In this document: piece by piece, positions 55,099-64,000 of the stretch
Position numbering within the stretch: the stretch's first letter is position 1
How the letters are laid out: each line of letters opens with the position of its first letter
Assembly: GCA_964430885.1 (NCBI GenBank)
Contig: CAYSHM010000001.1
Coordinates: 64,001 to 128,000, forward strand
Length of the DNA: 64,000 nucleotides
Direction of reading: 5' to 3'
DNA from: an uncultured archaeon
GTDB lineage: Archaea > Thermoplasmatota > Penumbrarchaeia > JASLWR01
Made by a program: the position numbers and the translations under genes
Notes under the pieces: model-generated
The model's database searches: none
The model's input: the letters and a program-made list of their open reading frames with translations, nothing else
What the model was told of the DNA's origin: nothing

Positions 55099-57819
55099 TT
55101 ACCTTCTTTTTCGGTTGGAAATAGCTACTACGATAATACCAGAAATTACAGCAACAGCAACAAGGGTGCTGGTGAATCCAGGACTTTTAGGTTTACTTTT
55201 TTTCTTTACTTCAAGAGTGTAGTTATCAGCATTGCTTTCCATTCCTTTATCATCCTTTACCCACAGGCTTATCACATGTTCTCCGTATTTAGTAAACGTA
55301 TAATTCAATTCAGTTTCGTTTCCCCAATCCTGAATAACTTCTCCGTCAATGGACCACTTATATTGAGTGACATTTCCATCCAAATCAGTTCCGTCACCGG
55401 TGAAAACATAGAATTGCTTTAGCTTGTACTGGTCCTTATCTATGCTGGGTGTTATGAGTTTTGCAGTGGGAACCAGATTATTGATGATAATGGTTTTGAT
55501 TACCAAGTCGCTCTGGTCTCGTCGGTCATCTTCAACTAGCAGGGTTACATCATATGTTCCAGGTTTGGAAAAGCTGTGGCTGGGATTGGTATCAGTTGAC
55601 CTTGCTCCATCACCGAAATCCCAATTATATCTGATAATATCACCGCCTGTCTCGTTATCAGGATCATATGAGTATTCGGAGCTGAACTTGATCTCTTCAA
55701 GGGAATCATATGAGCTCTTCTCATCGGCGATGGTTATTGCAGCCACAGGAATCTTGTTTGGTACCAGGACATATACTATAATCGTATCTTTATCTGATTG
55801 TCCGCGGGGATCTGTGACAGTGATGGTCGCAGTATAGGTGCCAGGTTCATCGTATGAATGGGATGCATTGGGCTGATTTTGGCTTCCTGATGTTGAGTTG
55901 TCACCGAAATCCCAGTTATAGATACAGTTGTCCCCCTCACCTCCATCAATTGTTTCGTTTCCATTTGTATCATCATTAGGATCATATGAACGGCTACCGT
56001 CAAAAACAATGATATCGTCGGTTGTGAGTTCACCTTCACCGAATACCTGGGTACCCATTTTCTCAGTGGCCCCTGCTGAGGCTATCGGAGGTACATCGAT
56101 GTGAGCATAGAACATGATGTTCTCGGTGATATCGCCGTCAGTAATAATTATGTGTATTTCATACATATTATTGGGTCCGCCAGTGGTATATCTGTGTGTG
56201 AAGACAGCATTCAGTGATCTATTTACCTGGGTTCCCGAGTTATCGCCGAAATCTATCTCTATTTTCAATTCATGATCGTTATCAACACCTGGCAAATTAT
56301 CGGGGTCATCAGTTCCTGAGAAATCAAATACAATATCGTCTCCGATCATTACTAGGATGTCGTTATCTGCTGGATACTGAGCATCATCAAATTCGGATGA
56401 AACATTGAAATTGATTATTGGCCCTTCATTATTCTTTATCCATAGTTCATAGACATAGGTTATATTCCGGGTCCATTTATTGTTTACTGGCCCGTCGAAT
56501 ATTTTGACCGCAACATCATATGTTCCAGGAATATCATAGGTGTGCTGCAAAGTATGGAATTCTCTGCTGGCATTTGTATCCCAAACATCATCACCATCAA
56601 AATCCCATTGATATAAGATGGGCGCATTATAGATGGTGGCGTGTCTGTCATCATCAGCATGGATGGTAAAATCAACAGGCGTATGAACCAAAGCAGGATT
56701 ATTACTTACCAAGAAGTTCTCCACATATGGGTCTGAACCTGGATTCTGGCTTACATTTATCCAATGAGAAGTCCATCCACTTCTACCGTTTTCGTCCCAT
56801 ACATTCATTTCTATCCAAAATATGCCTGGGCTATCGAAGGAATGGTTGACATTTACCCCATTAAGACTTGCTACTTCATGATCGTATTGATACCATCCAT
56901 CACCATCTGTATCGGACCAAATTATCCAGGCTGCAGTCTGTATTTCAGCACCGACGGGACTTGTTGAGTTAATAGCCGAAAGATGGACACTTTCATTTGT
57001 GAGGAATCCATTTCTATGAACTGGATTAGTAGCAAAAGCTGGGTCCACCCACCAATCAGAACCATCCTGATCGGGGTCCGGTTCAATCACTGCAACAGGA
57101 TTCACTATTTGCCACTCATAGGGGAGTATGGCCCTGCTAGTTTTATTGAACGCTCCGCCGTAAATTGTACACCAGTCTTCATCCATTGCTGTGTTAGGAT
57201 TATCAGTTATACCATCAGTTCTCCATAATGCAAGCTGGATGTATCCTCCATTCATATTTCCGGGAGCCCCATTGGTATAACCCGTCGATTCAAAGTTGAT
57301 ATACTCTTCTGTAAGTCCACCTGGCTGTTGAGTGATGAAGGTTCCGAACTGTGCTCTAGTGTCCCAATCTCCATTACCGTCAGTATCAAACCTCAACTCC
57401 ATATGTATCTCTTTATTATCCACGTAATTTGTGTTTATCGTGAGATTGAGAGTGGGGATGATATTTGCATTGAAATTGGAAGTAAGACCATCTTCCCATC
57501 CTGGATACTCGGTATTCTCGTGATGCCAAGGGAACCAGAAGGTCATGGCGGAACTGCTGGAATCAAAGGATGAGTTCAGATTTGCCATGTTGAACTGATT
57601 GCTCCCACCCCCAACACTTGAATAATCGTCCAAATGCCAGATCTTTGCACCTTTATGATAGGAGTAGATATAATAAATGTTTCTTCCAGTCAAGACATCA
57701 GAAAAATTGTTCCAGGGTCTTCCATCGTCCTTAGTGGTTTCCGAGGCCATGGTAATGCTTACAGCGCTAACTGTGATTAGTAATAGCGTTATCATTATCA
57801 CTTTTGTTGCTGATCTCAT
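55099..57819 (-). CDS. PKD-domain surface protein with PGF-CTERM-like sorting signal
   Basis: Signal peptide, about six PKD-like repeats (YNWDFGD, H.Y..PG.Y.V.L.V.D), C-terminal SPGF + TM + RKRR. Confidence 0.87.
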   Translation of the reverse strand: MRSATKVIMITLLLITVSAVSITMASETTKDDGRPWNNFSDVLTGRNIYYIYSYHKGAKIWHLDDYSSVGGGSNQFNMANLNSSFDSSSSAMTFWFPWHHENTEYPGWEDGLTSNFNANIIPTLNLTINTNYVDNKEIHMELRFDTDGNGDWDTRAQFGTFITQQPGGLTEEYINFESTGYTNGAPGNMNGGYIQLALWRTDGITDNPNTAMDEDWCTIYGGAFNKTSRAILPYEWQIVNPVAVIEPDPDQDGSDWWVDPAFATNPVHRNGFLTNESVHLSAINSTSPVGAEIQTAAWIIWSDTDGDGWYQYDHEVASLNGVNVNHSFDSPGIFWIEMNVWDENGRSGWTSHWINVSQNPGSDPYVENFLVSNNPALVHTPVDFTIHADDDRHATIYNAPILYQWDFDGDDVWDTNASREFHTLQHTYDIPGTYDVAVKIFDGPVNNKWTRNITYVYELWIKNNEGPIINFNVSSEFDDAQYPADNDILVMIGDDIVFDFSGTDDPDNLPGVDNDHELKIEIDFGDNSGTQVNRSLNAVFTHRYTTGGPNNMYEIHIIITDGDITENIMFYAHIDVPPIASAGATEKMGTQVFGEGELTTDDIIVFDGSRSYDPNDDTNGNETIDGGEGDNCIYNWDFGDNSTSGSQNQPNASHSYDEPGTYTATITVTDPRGQSDKDTIIVYVLVPNKIPVAAITIADEKSSYDSLEEIKFSSEYSYDPDNETGGDIIRYNWDFGDGARSTDTNPSHSFSKPGTYDVTLLVEDDRRDQSDLVIKTIIINNLVPTAKLITPSIDKDQYKLKQFYVFTGDGTDLDGNVTQYKWSIDGEVIQDWGNETELNYTFTKYGEHVISLWVKDDKGMESNADNYTLEVKKKSKPKSPGFTSTLVAVAVISGIIVVAISNRKRR

Positions 57820-57993
57820 AGTTGATCACTCCATATAGAATAATACTTCGAATTTAAATTTTTATATTTTTTACTCTATACCATATTCCTTCTGATTGAT
57901 TATAAACATTTTGACTAATTTTAAATCCCCAGGCCAATACCAGATACTAGTAAGAATAGGTGCATTTCCCCTGGGAAATAATTTGAAAACTTG

Positions 57994-58536
57994 TTAAAGA
58001 TGAATGTCTAGCCAGGCATCCTCAAAGGAATCCACGATCTCATCGGTGAAGCTCTTCTTATATGTGACCAATGCCTTTGCGACCATTTCGGGTTCCTTTA
58101 CATAATATCTTTTTTTACGTCCTATTTTCTCAAAATCAACAAATCCGGTTTTTACAACTTTTTTCATATGATAGGAAAATGTAGATGCTGAAAGGTTGAA
58201 TTCCTTTTTTATATCGCCATGACTCGCGCCTTCATTTAGAAGAATATAAATAATGATTTCACGAGGAGTTTTTTGTCTTAATATCGCCAGTAACTCTTTA
58301 TCGAATGTTTTTACCTGATCCCTGACGTAGTATCTTTTAAAACCTCTGCTTTTTTTAGATACGATGAGTTCCTTATCTTCTAGGTATCTTAAATGATAGT
58401 CCACAACTCCAGTAGGGAGATCCAATGAATGATAGATTTCTCTGAAATGGCACCCTGGGTGTTGGGAAACATATTCAAATATTATTTTTCGGGTATCCAG
58501 CTCCAGGATTCCTTTGTGTTTCATGGGATACCTCAA
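57994..58536 (-). CDS. Double winged-helix (ArsR/MarR-like) transcriptional regulator
   Basis: TRKIIFEYV..HPG.HFREI...YHLRYLE, and a second HTH 'LSASTFSYHMKK'. Confidence 0.85.
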   Translation of the reverse strand: MRYPMKHKGILELDTRKIIFEYVSQHPGCHFREIYHSLDLPTGVVDYHLRYLEDKELIVSKKSRGFKRYYVRDQVKTFDKELLAILRQKTPREIIIYILLNEGASHGDIKKEFNLSASTFSYHMKKVVKTGFVDFEKIGRKKRYYVKEPEMVAKALVTYKKSFTDEIVDSFEDAWLDIHL

Positions 58537-58558
58537 GGATGGGAATTATTATGATAAT

Positions 58559-58876
58559 TTACCTCTTGAATATGGAAAGGTAAAGGGCGATCAGTATGAG
58601 AAGGTCGATGGTGATCAGTATGGCCAGAACATAAATGGATGAGCCTTCCAGCTCTAATAATCCTGTAAATAGTGTTATGGTGAGAACTACACCTTTAATG
58701 AAAAACAGACAAAACCCAACAGCAATATGCAGGATTTTATTATTTCTGGTCCTCCGGTAGGAGAGTAGCGCAATAGTGGTAATGCTCAAAGACAGTATAA
58801 CTATACTAGCCATAAGAACATCCATAAGATAGATTGACCAATTTGTTATGATTTCACCTCCTCTGGGAAAATGCAC
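58559..58876 (-). CDS. Small 3-TM membrane protein upstream of wHTH regulator
   Basis: Hydrophobic protein with 'LLSYRRTRN.KIL..AVGF.LF' pattern. Real start is probably downstream of the GGAGGTGA RBS. Confidence 0.7.
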   Translation of the reverse strand: MHFPRGGEIITNWSIYLMDVLMASIVILSLSITTIALLSYRRTRNNKILHIAVGFCLFFIKGVVLTITLFTGLLELEGSSIYVLAILITIDLLILIALYLSIFKR

Positions 58877-59196
58877 TCTGGTTTTTGTTGGATTTCACAT
58901 GAAATAAATGCAGTGATAATAATCTAGATATATTTTTTTGATATATGACATATCTCTACTTTTAGATATTAAATTTGCCTTAAGTTTGAGATAATGTCCC
59001 TTCCAAGCACAACTGAAACCTATTTGTCATTGGGCATAAGCTTAAATCTTAATATAAGTAATTTACTTTTATCTGGCCCTCCCCCCCTTGTCCCTTAACT
59101 TAAATAGAACCTAAGAAATGTTCATATTGAAAAATGATGCAAGAGAATCTTATGAGTTCTAATGCTGAACATTGTAATGAATGTTGGTGAGAACAG

Positions 59197-59499
59197 ATGT
59201 GCAAAGAAAAGGGCAGTAAGGAAGAAAGATACAACAAACTGAGATTAATTGAAATGGATTGCAATGAAAACATTTCACAAAATAGTTATGATGAAGTTTT
59301 GTCAAGTTTCATCGAAAGGGTAATATACAGGGAAAAATTGATTAGAAGAGTGGTAAAGCTCCTCACTTCGAGAAGGATTATGGAATTGAAACCTTGGTTT
59401 GACTTCCATTATATTTATTTAATAAGAAAAAAAAGAATGAGAGATATTATCAGGAGGATTAGACTTAAGACTCAGATCAAATGTATTTTTTCAACTTAA
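59197..59499 (+). CDS. Possible small basic hypothetical protein
   Basis: 100-aa ORF with a GGTGAG RBS-like element upstream. No homology recognised, so it may be spurious. Confidence 0.3.
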   Translation: MCKEKGSKEERYNKLRLIEMDCNENISQNSYDEVLSSFIERVIYREKLIRRVVKLLTSRRIMELKPWFDFHYIYLIRKKRMRDIIRRIRLKTQIKCIFST

Positions 59500-59556
59500 T
59501 TTTCCCAATGGATGAAATGAATGCAGTTGATCTAAATCGGCAATGTAAGACCGCAA

Positions 59557-62500
59557 TTATTTTTTCATTTTATTAATCAGCACCCCGCCTGCTACAATAG
59601 CACCAGCCCCAAGGGCCACTATGCCGCCGAAAACAGCCCATGAACCGGCTGAAATACCGAAGACCTCTATGGCTTTATCTTCAACAGTAAATTTTTTCTT
59701 AACAACATTATTATTTACCCCTTGAGTTTGGTCATTCAGCTCTACTATCTCATCGATAGGATCTATAATGATCTCAAGTTCATGGTTACCCGCCTTTGCG
59801 GTCCAGGGGAAGGAAACAAATTTATTTTGCCCAGAACCTAGAACCTCAATGGTCATAGAATATGTTTCTTCTCCATCGATTTTCAGGACTGTCTCAACAT
59901 TTTCCGCATGAATATCTCCAATATTGGACACTCTAATGCTTATTGAATAGTCCATTCCATCTTTCATGTTATTTTCATAGGTTAGGCTTTCTTCAATAAT
60001 CAATAATTCAGCATAATCTATTAGATAAAGGATATTAATCTGATTATCATCTTTGACTTTCTCCACAAAAGTTTGTTCATCTCCGTCATCCCACGCAGAC
60101 ACGTTGATGTATGTTGATATGTTCTCATCAGATATTGCCCGGGGAATATTGGAATTAAGTGTGATCCACACACTCTGGTCGATATCCAGCTTGAATGTTG
60201 CAAAATCTGTTTTATTGGAGTAGATATAATTCACAATTTCACCTTGGCCGACTAGGTCAAGGGATTCGGAGAAATCCCATTTGATTTTATTTTCGGTAAG
60301 TGAACCGGTTCTTTGGTTTGCTATGCTTGAAAACCATACATCCCAATTCAGCGGGAAATTACCAGTAGAAATTCTCACATAGTCTTCACAGTTACCTTTA
60401 TTCGTAACAATAAACAGAAATGAACCCTGGGAGTTTGGATCAGTATTTACTGTCAGGCTCATCCCATCTCTGGATGCATCCCTATCGAGAGATTTTATCT
60501 CTATATCATGAACCTTGAAAACGGTGATCTGGACGCTTCTGAATCTAGGATCATCCTCCGATTTGATGCTTTCACCAAATTTATCACCTTTTCCTCTGCT
60601 GGATATGCCGAGATCGTAGACTCCGGCAATAGCGTCTTCCGGAACGAAGACCACAAAGCTCAGCTCCCGTTTTTCTCCAATAGCAAGTATTAAATTGGAA
60701 ATCTCAATGCCATCCTCTTCAAAATGACCGGTCCAATAAATGGTAGGTAGATCTTTGATATAGATGTTTATCTGATCCTGGGCATTGCCAATATTCTCCA
60801 TGGTAAAGTTATATATTACTTTCCTGCCCTTCACGGATATCTTCTCAGGGATCCCGTCCTTATTCTCGTCAAAATTAATTTCATATTTTATGCTGGCCTT
60901 TGGAGTAAGGCTGTCTGCTTTCTTTGAGAAATTCAACTGGTAATCGTAATATTCATTGACGATGGCAGTTATTTCTCCTCTTGCAACAACACTAGGATCA
61001 TCCACATCCTCCGCTCTTATAGTCATAACAATACGGGTTCCTGCAATGGCTCCAGCAGGGCATTCAACAATTGCTTTTAAAGGAACGGGCTCATGCTTTC
61101 TGAGATCTAAAGTGTGAATGTTGGTCAGACTGTCCTCCCAATATACTATCCATTTTTCATCGTCCTCCAAATTTAATTGCTGGGGAGGGAGATCTACAGT
61201 CAATCTTACAGTGGATCTGCTATTTCCTCTGTTGGTGATCACTACATTATAGGCCTCGGTATCACCAGGATCAACCTTCTTTATTGAATCGGATATCTCC
61301 AGTGATAATAGATTAGTTTCCTCAACAATTAAAATGACAGTATCTTCATTGGTCACGGTCTCTATCTTGCTTTGTTTGGAGATCTGGGAGGTAGCAGTCA
61401 CAGTTATATCCAACTGTTCGTTCTTTTCCGCAGTTATGGGGCAGTGTATGTAAATTGGGAATGAGGTTCGGCTATCCTCATTGCCGAAAAGACTTGTAGA
61501 AAGATAAATATCCTTTATATCGTGAACTCCATTATCATTGGGATCAAATGATACGGTCCATCCTGAAGGTATTCCTGACCTTATATCTATATCATAGGTA
61601 TCATTTATATTTCCAGTATTGGTGAGTTCAATATTCAGCATTTTATCCGCCCCGGCCGAAATACCGCTTATCTTCTGATCGGTAAATGGGTCTATATCTG
61701 CAGCTATATTCACAGACATGTCCACAATGATATCAATGAAGGTTGTCGTAGTAATGGAATCGGTGGCATTATTATCGCTCTCACTCATGGCAAAGGCTTC
61801 TATGGCTGCAAAATCACCAAATGATACATTCGCCTTAGGCGCAGTAATCTCAAGAGTGAAATCCACTCCTTGTCTTTCTTCGAGCTGTATATGTTCGATA
61901 ACTTCAACATTGGTGAAATCTTCGTAACGAGGATCCTCATGAACTGTTTCTCCATCATTGATTGGTACATTTTTAGCAATTAAGGTAGCAGTCCAGTTTT
62001 CGGGGATATTCTTTGTACTGAGTGTAAAGCGGTCTCTGAACATTCCAACGATTACACTTTGATGCCCAACATTTGTAAGGGTCAGATTGTATTGTGTGGT
62101 CGCCCCGGGTTCAATAAAATGAATGAGCGGGGACTGCAGAGAAGTATCAGTATGTTCTTCATCGACCGTTATTGAGGCCCCGTATTCAAGGGTACCGTTG
62201 TAGAAACCAGTATGTTCTCTATCGTATCTGAACATAGGCCAAGGCAATGCACTGGACGGCACTTGTCCGTCAGTTTCCAATGCCCTTAATGTACCCGATC
62301 CAGTAGCAAACACAACCTCAAGATAGCCATCTGAATTAATGTCGCCTATTACAGGTGAGGGGTCTGCGGTCACCGAAGAAGTTGGAATACCTTCATGAGT
62401 ATCATACTGCCATAGGATGGAACCATCTTCATCTATGGCGAAGCAGTTCCCGTCATTATTGACCTCCACAACTTCCAGTAATCCATCGCCGTCTAGATCG

Positions 62501-63552
62501 GCAACAGCAGGAGAAGGTTTGATATCCGCTCCTAGATTGACGCTCCATATCTGCTCTCCTTCATCACTGATACAGTAAAGATTACCGCTGGTATCACCTA
62601 TTATGACCTCCCATATCTCATCGACATCCAGATCGACCAAGGCTGCTGAGGACATGGATCCGGATTGCATATTGAAAGACCATTCCTGATCTCCTGTTAC
62701 AGCATCAAGACAATAGAGCTGATTTGATGCCTCCGAAACAACTATTACTTCCTTTGTCCCATCCTGGTCAAGATCGCCTATTGCTGGTGATGGATTTGTA
62801 GTTGTACCGGTGAATATGTTCTTCTGCCACATGATCGCACCCCCCATCCTCACTGCGTATATGGTACCGCTAGCACCCTGATGAATATATTCCAGATTAG
62901 TTGGATTTCCATCGAGATCGCCTATTGCTGGTGATGAATGCCAACCTCCTGAACTTACGGATCCTCCGCCGATCGGATCTTCATTGCCATTATCGGATAT
63001 GACTGCCATGGTACCTGAACTCTGGGGTGAGAAGATAGTTTCCAAGGTTCCATCCATATTGAGATCTCCGCTTGCAACAGATGAATGACAGTCGGACCAA
63101 CCTCCAATGTTCCTGTAGTTGAACTGCCATTTTGTATTTCCGTTGTTATCTATAGCAAATAGAGAATCCGCTGATTCAGATATGATAAGCACTTCTACCT
63201 CGCCGTCCCCCTCCAGGTCTGCAATATTTGGGGAATTGTGTATGGAACTTCCGATTCGATTCGACCATCTTTCAGACCAGCTTCCATCTCCATCGGGATC
63301 CTCGAGACATCTGATGGTATCATGACTGCCGACAATAATCTCAATTTTTCCATCGGACTCGAAATCCAATAAAATAGGAGTGTAGAGAACATTTCCAGTT
63401 ATCTCTGTCAATAGTTCACCGGGTCCTCCGGCTCTTTGATTGCCAGGGGCCCTGTTAGCAATGGAAATTGCTCCGAAAACGGATAGGATCAATACAGAGA
63501 TGATTAATATTGATGAACCCAATCTTTTTCTTCCTACCATATATATCGCCAA
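59557..63552 (-). CDS. FG-GAP/PQQ-like beta-propeller surface protein with NEW3-like Ig repeats, CARDB domain and TM anchor
   Basis: About eight SPAIGDLDGDG..EV-type repeats, 'WPMFRYDREHTG', N.GN..D repeats, CARDB (W.AKAG.H.L.I..DP.DEI.E.N), C-terminal TM. Confidence 0.87.
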   Translation of the reverse strand: MAIYMVGRKRLGSSILIISVLILSVFGAISIANRAPGNQRAGGPGELLTEITGNVLYTPILLDFESDGKIEIIVGSHDTIRCLEDPDGDGSWSERWSNRIGSSIHNSPNIADLEGDGEVEVLIISESADSLFAIDNNGNTKWQFNYRNIGGWSDCHSSVASGDLNMDGTLETIFSPQSSGTMAVISDNGNEDPIGGGSVSSGGWHSSPAIGDLDGNPTNLEYIHQGASGTIYAVRMGGAIMWQKNIFTGTTTNPSPAIGDLDQDGTKEVIVVSEASNQLYCLDAVTGDQEWSFNMQSGSMSSAALVDLDVDEIWEVIIGDTSGNLYCISDEGEQIWSVNLGADIKPSPAVADLDGDGLLEVVEVNNDGNCFAIDEDGSILWQYDTHEGIPTSSVTADPSPVIGDINSDGYLEVVFATGSGTLRALETDGQVPSSALPWPMFRYDREHTGFYNGTLEYGASITVDEEHTDTSLQSPLIHFIEPGATTQYNLTLTNVGHQSVIVGMFRDRFTLSTKNIPENWTATLIAKNVPINDGETVHEDPRYEDFTNVEVIEHIQLEERQGVDFTLEITAPKANVSFGDFAAIEAFAMSESDNNATDSITTTTFIDIIVDMSVNIAADIDPFTDQKISGISAGADKMLNIELTNTGNINDTYDIDIRSGIPSGWTVSFDPNDNGVHDIKDIYLSTSLFGNEDSRTSFPIYIHCPITAEKNEQLDITVTATSQISKQSKIETVTNEDTVILIVEETNLLSLEISDSIKKVDPGDTEAYNVVITNRGNSRSTVRLTVDLPPQQLNLEDDEKWIVYWEDSLTNIHTLDLRKHEPVPLKAIVECPAGAIAGTRIVMTIRAEDVDDPSVVARGEITAIVNEYYDYQLNFSKKADSLTPKASIKYEINFDENKDGIPEKISVKGRKVIYNFTMENIGNAQDQINIYIKDLPTIYWTGHFEEDGIEISNLILAIGEKRELSFVVFVPEDAIAGVYDLGISSRGKGDKFGESIKSEDDPRFRSVQITVFKVHDIEIKSLDRDASRDGMSLTVNTDPNSQGSFLFIVTNKGNCEDYVRISTGNFPLNWDVWFSSIANQRTGSLTENKIKWDFSESLDLVGQGEIVNYIYSNKTDFATFKLDIDQSVWITLNSNIPRAISDENISTYINVSAWDDGDEQTFVEKVKDDNQINILYLIDYAELLIIEESLTYENNMKDGMDYSISIRVSNIGDIHAENVETVLKIDGEETYSMTIEVLGSGQNKFVSFPWTAKAGNHELEIIIDPIDEIVELNDQTQGVNNNVVKKKFTVEDKAIEVFGISAGSWAVFGGIVALGAGAIVAGGVLINKMKK

Positions 63553-63809
63553 ATTTTATTATACACTATATGTGAAGTTAAAGCACTTCATATAAATTAA
63601 ATGTATATGATTCCAGTTATGATTTATATAATTCCGCTATAAATATATCTTTAAGCTGATATTTAAAAAAATCGGTACATTTTTGGAATCCGCTCGGGTG
63701 ATTTTTTATTAAAAACTTCATTTTAACTAAATCCTTTTATAATGTACCTGGATATTTATTGGCCTAAGCCCAAAATATTATCAAGAATTATCATCCAGGG
63801 GTTTAAATT

Positions 63810-64000
63810 ATGACCAATAAAAATTACAGTAATGATGATGTAATCGTATCATTGACAAATGTTGCGCGGAATATTTATAATCAGCTGAACAAGGGTTCAA
63901 TACCAAAGATTAGACTACCTTCTAGAACCCGTTCAAACATCGTTTTTAATGAGAAGAAAGGAGTATGGAAGTATGGGAGCAACAAGGTGGAGAGATCTGC
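63810..64000 (+). CDS. top6A: DNA topoisomerase VI subunit A, N-terminus (3'-truncated by window edge)
   Basis: Translates to MTNKNYSNDDVIVSLTNVARNIYNQLNKGSIPKIRLPSRTRSNIVFNEKKGVWKYGSNKVERS, matching the archaeal TopoVI-A N-terminal pattern (P...LPSRT.SNI.F....GVW.YG....RS). Confidence 0.78.
   Translation, partial: MTNKNYSNDDVIVSLTNVARNIYNQLNKGSIPKIRLPSRTRSNIVFNEKKGVWKYGSNKVERS

Noticed and set aside
59077-59096. C-rich tract as a phase-variation or G-quadruplex element
   Set aside because: It is a single short intergenic homopolymer with no clear link to a promoter or ORF, so support is insufficient.

Overview
This is an archaeal chromosomal window, most consistent with an uncultured Thermoplasmatota lineage (inference from GGTGA/GGAG RBSs, an intron-containing tRNA-Met, FEN1, Dph2, Pth2, a GPN GTPase, TopoVI-A, and many giant Ig-repeat surface proteins with cytoplasmic zinc-ribbon tails). 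Housekeeping and metabolic genes are an EamA transporter, GPN-loop GTPase, isoaspartyl peptidase, HAD hydrolase, AMP phosphorylase plus form III RuBisCO, EndoQ-like nuclease plus FEN1, Dph2, an RND/MMPL transporter, a C25-like peptidase, Pth2, DUF99, two tRNAs, and the start of top6A. About half the window encodes cell-surface proteins. I saw no CRISPR array, integrase or transposase. The best candidates for undescribed biology are: (1) an orphan phage baseplate-hub (gpD/VgrG-N-like) gene followed by a protein with ~830 aa of 11-residue repeats and a protein carrying nine VIELPV-type motifs plus a zinc ribbon (3197-10584), with no other phage genes; (2) a ~15 kb co-oriented cluster of two VWA adhesins plus an extracellular-Ig/polytopic-membrane/classic AAA+ ATPase fusion (25926-40772); (3) a shared acidic-Trp C-terminal motif (GWET*, GWIEE*, GWIDE*, AWKDEE*) in four unrelated proteins; (4) TPR-JAMM and HEAT-longin-like fusion proteins. 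All family calls are from motif recognition by eye; no searches were run.
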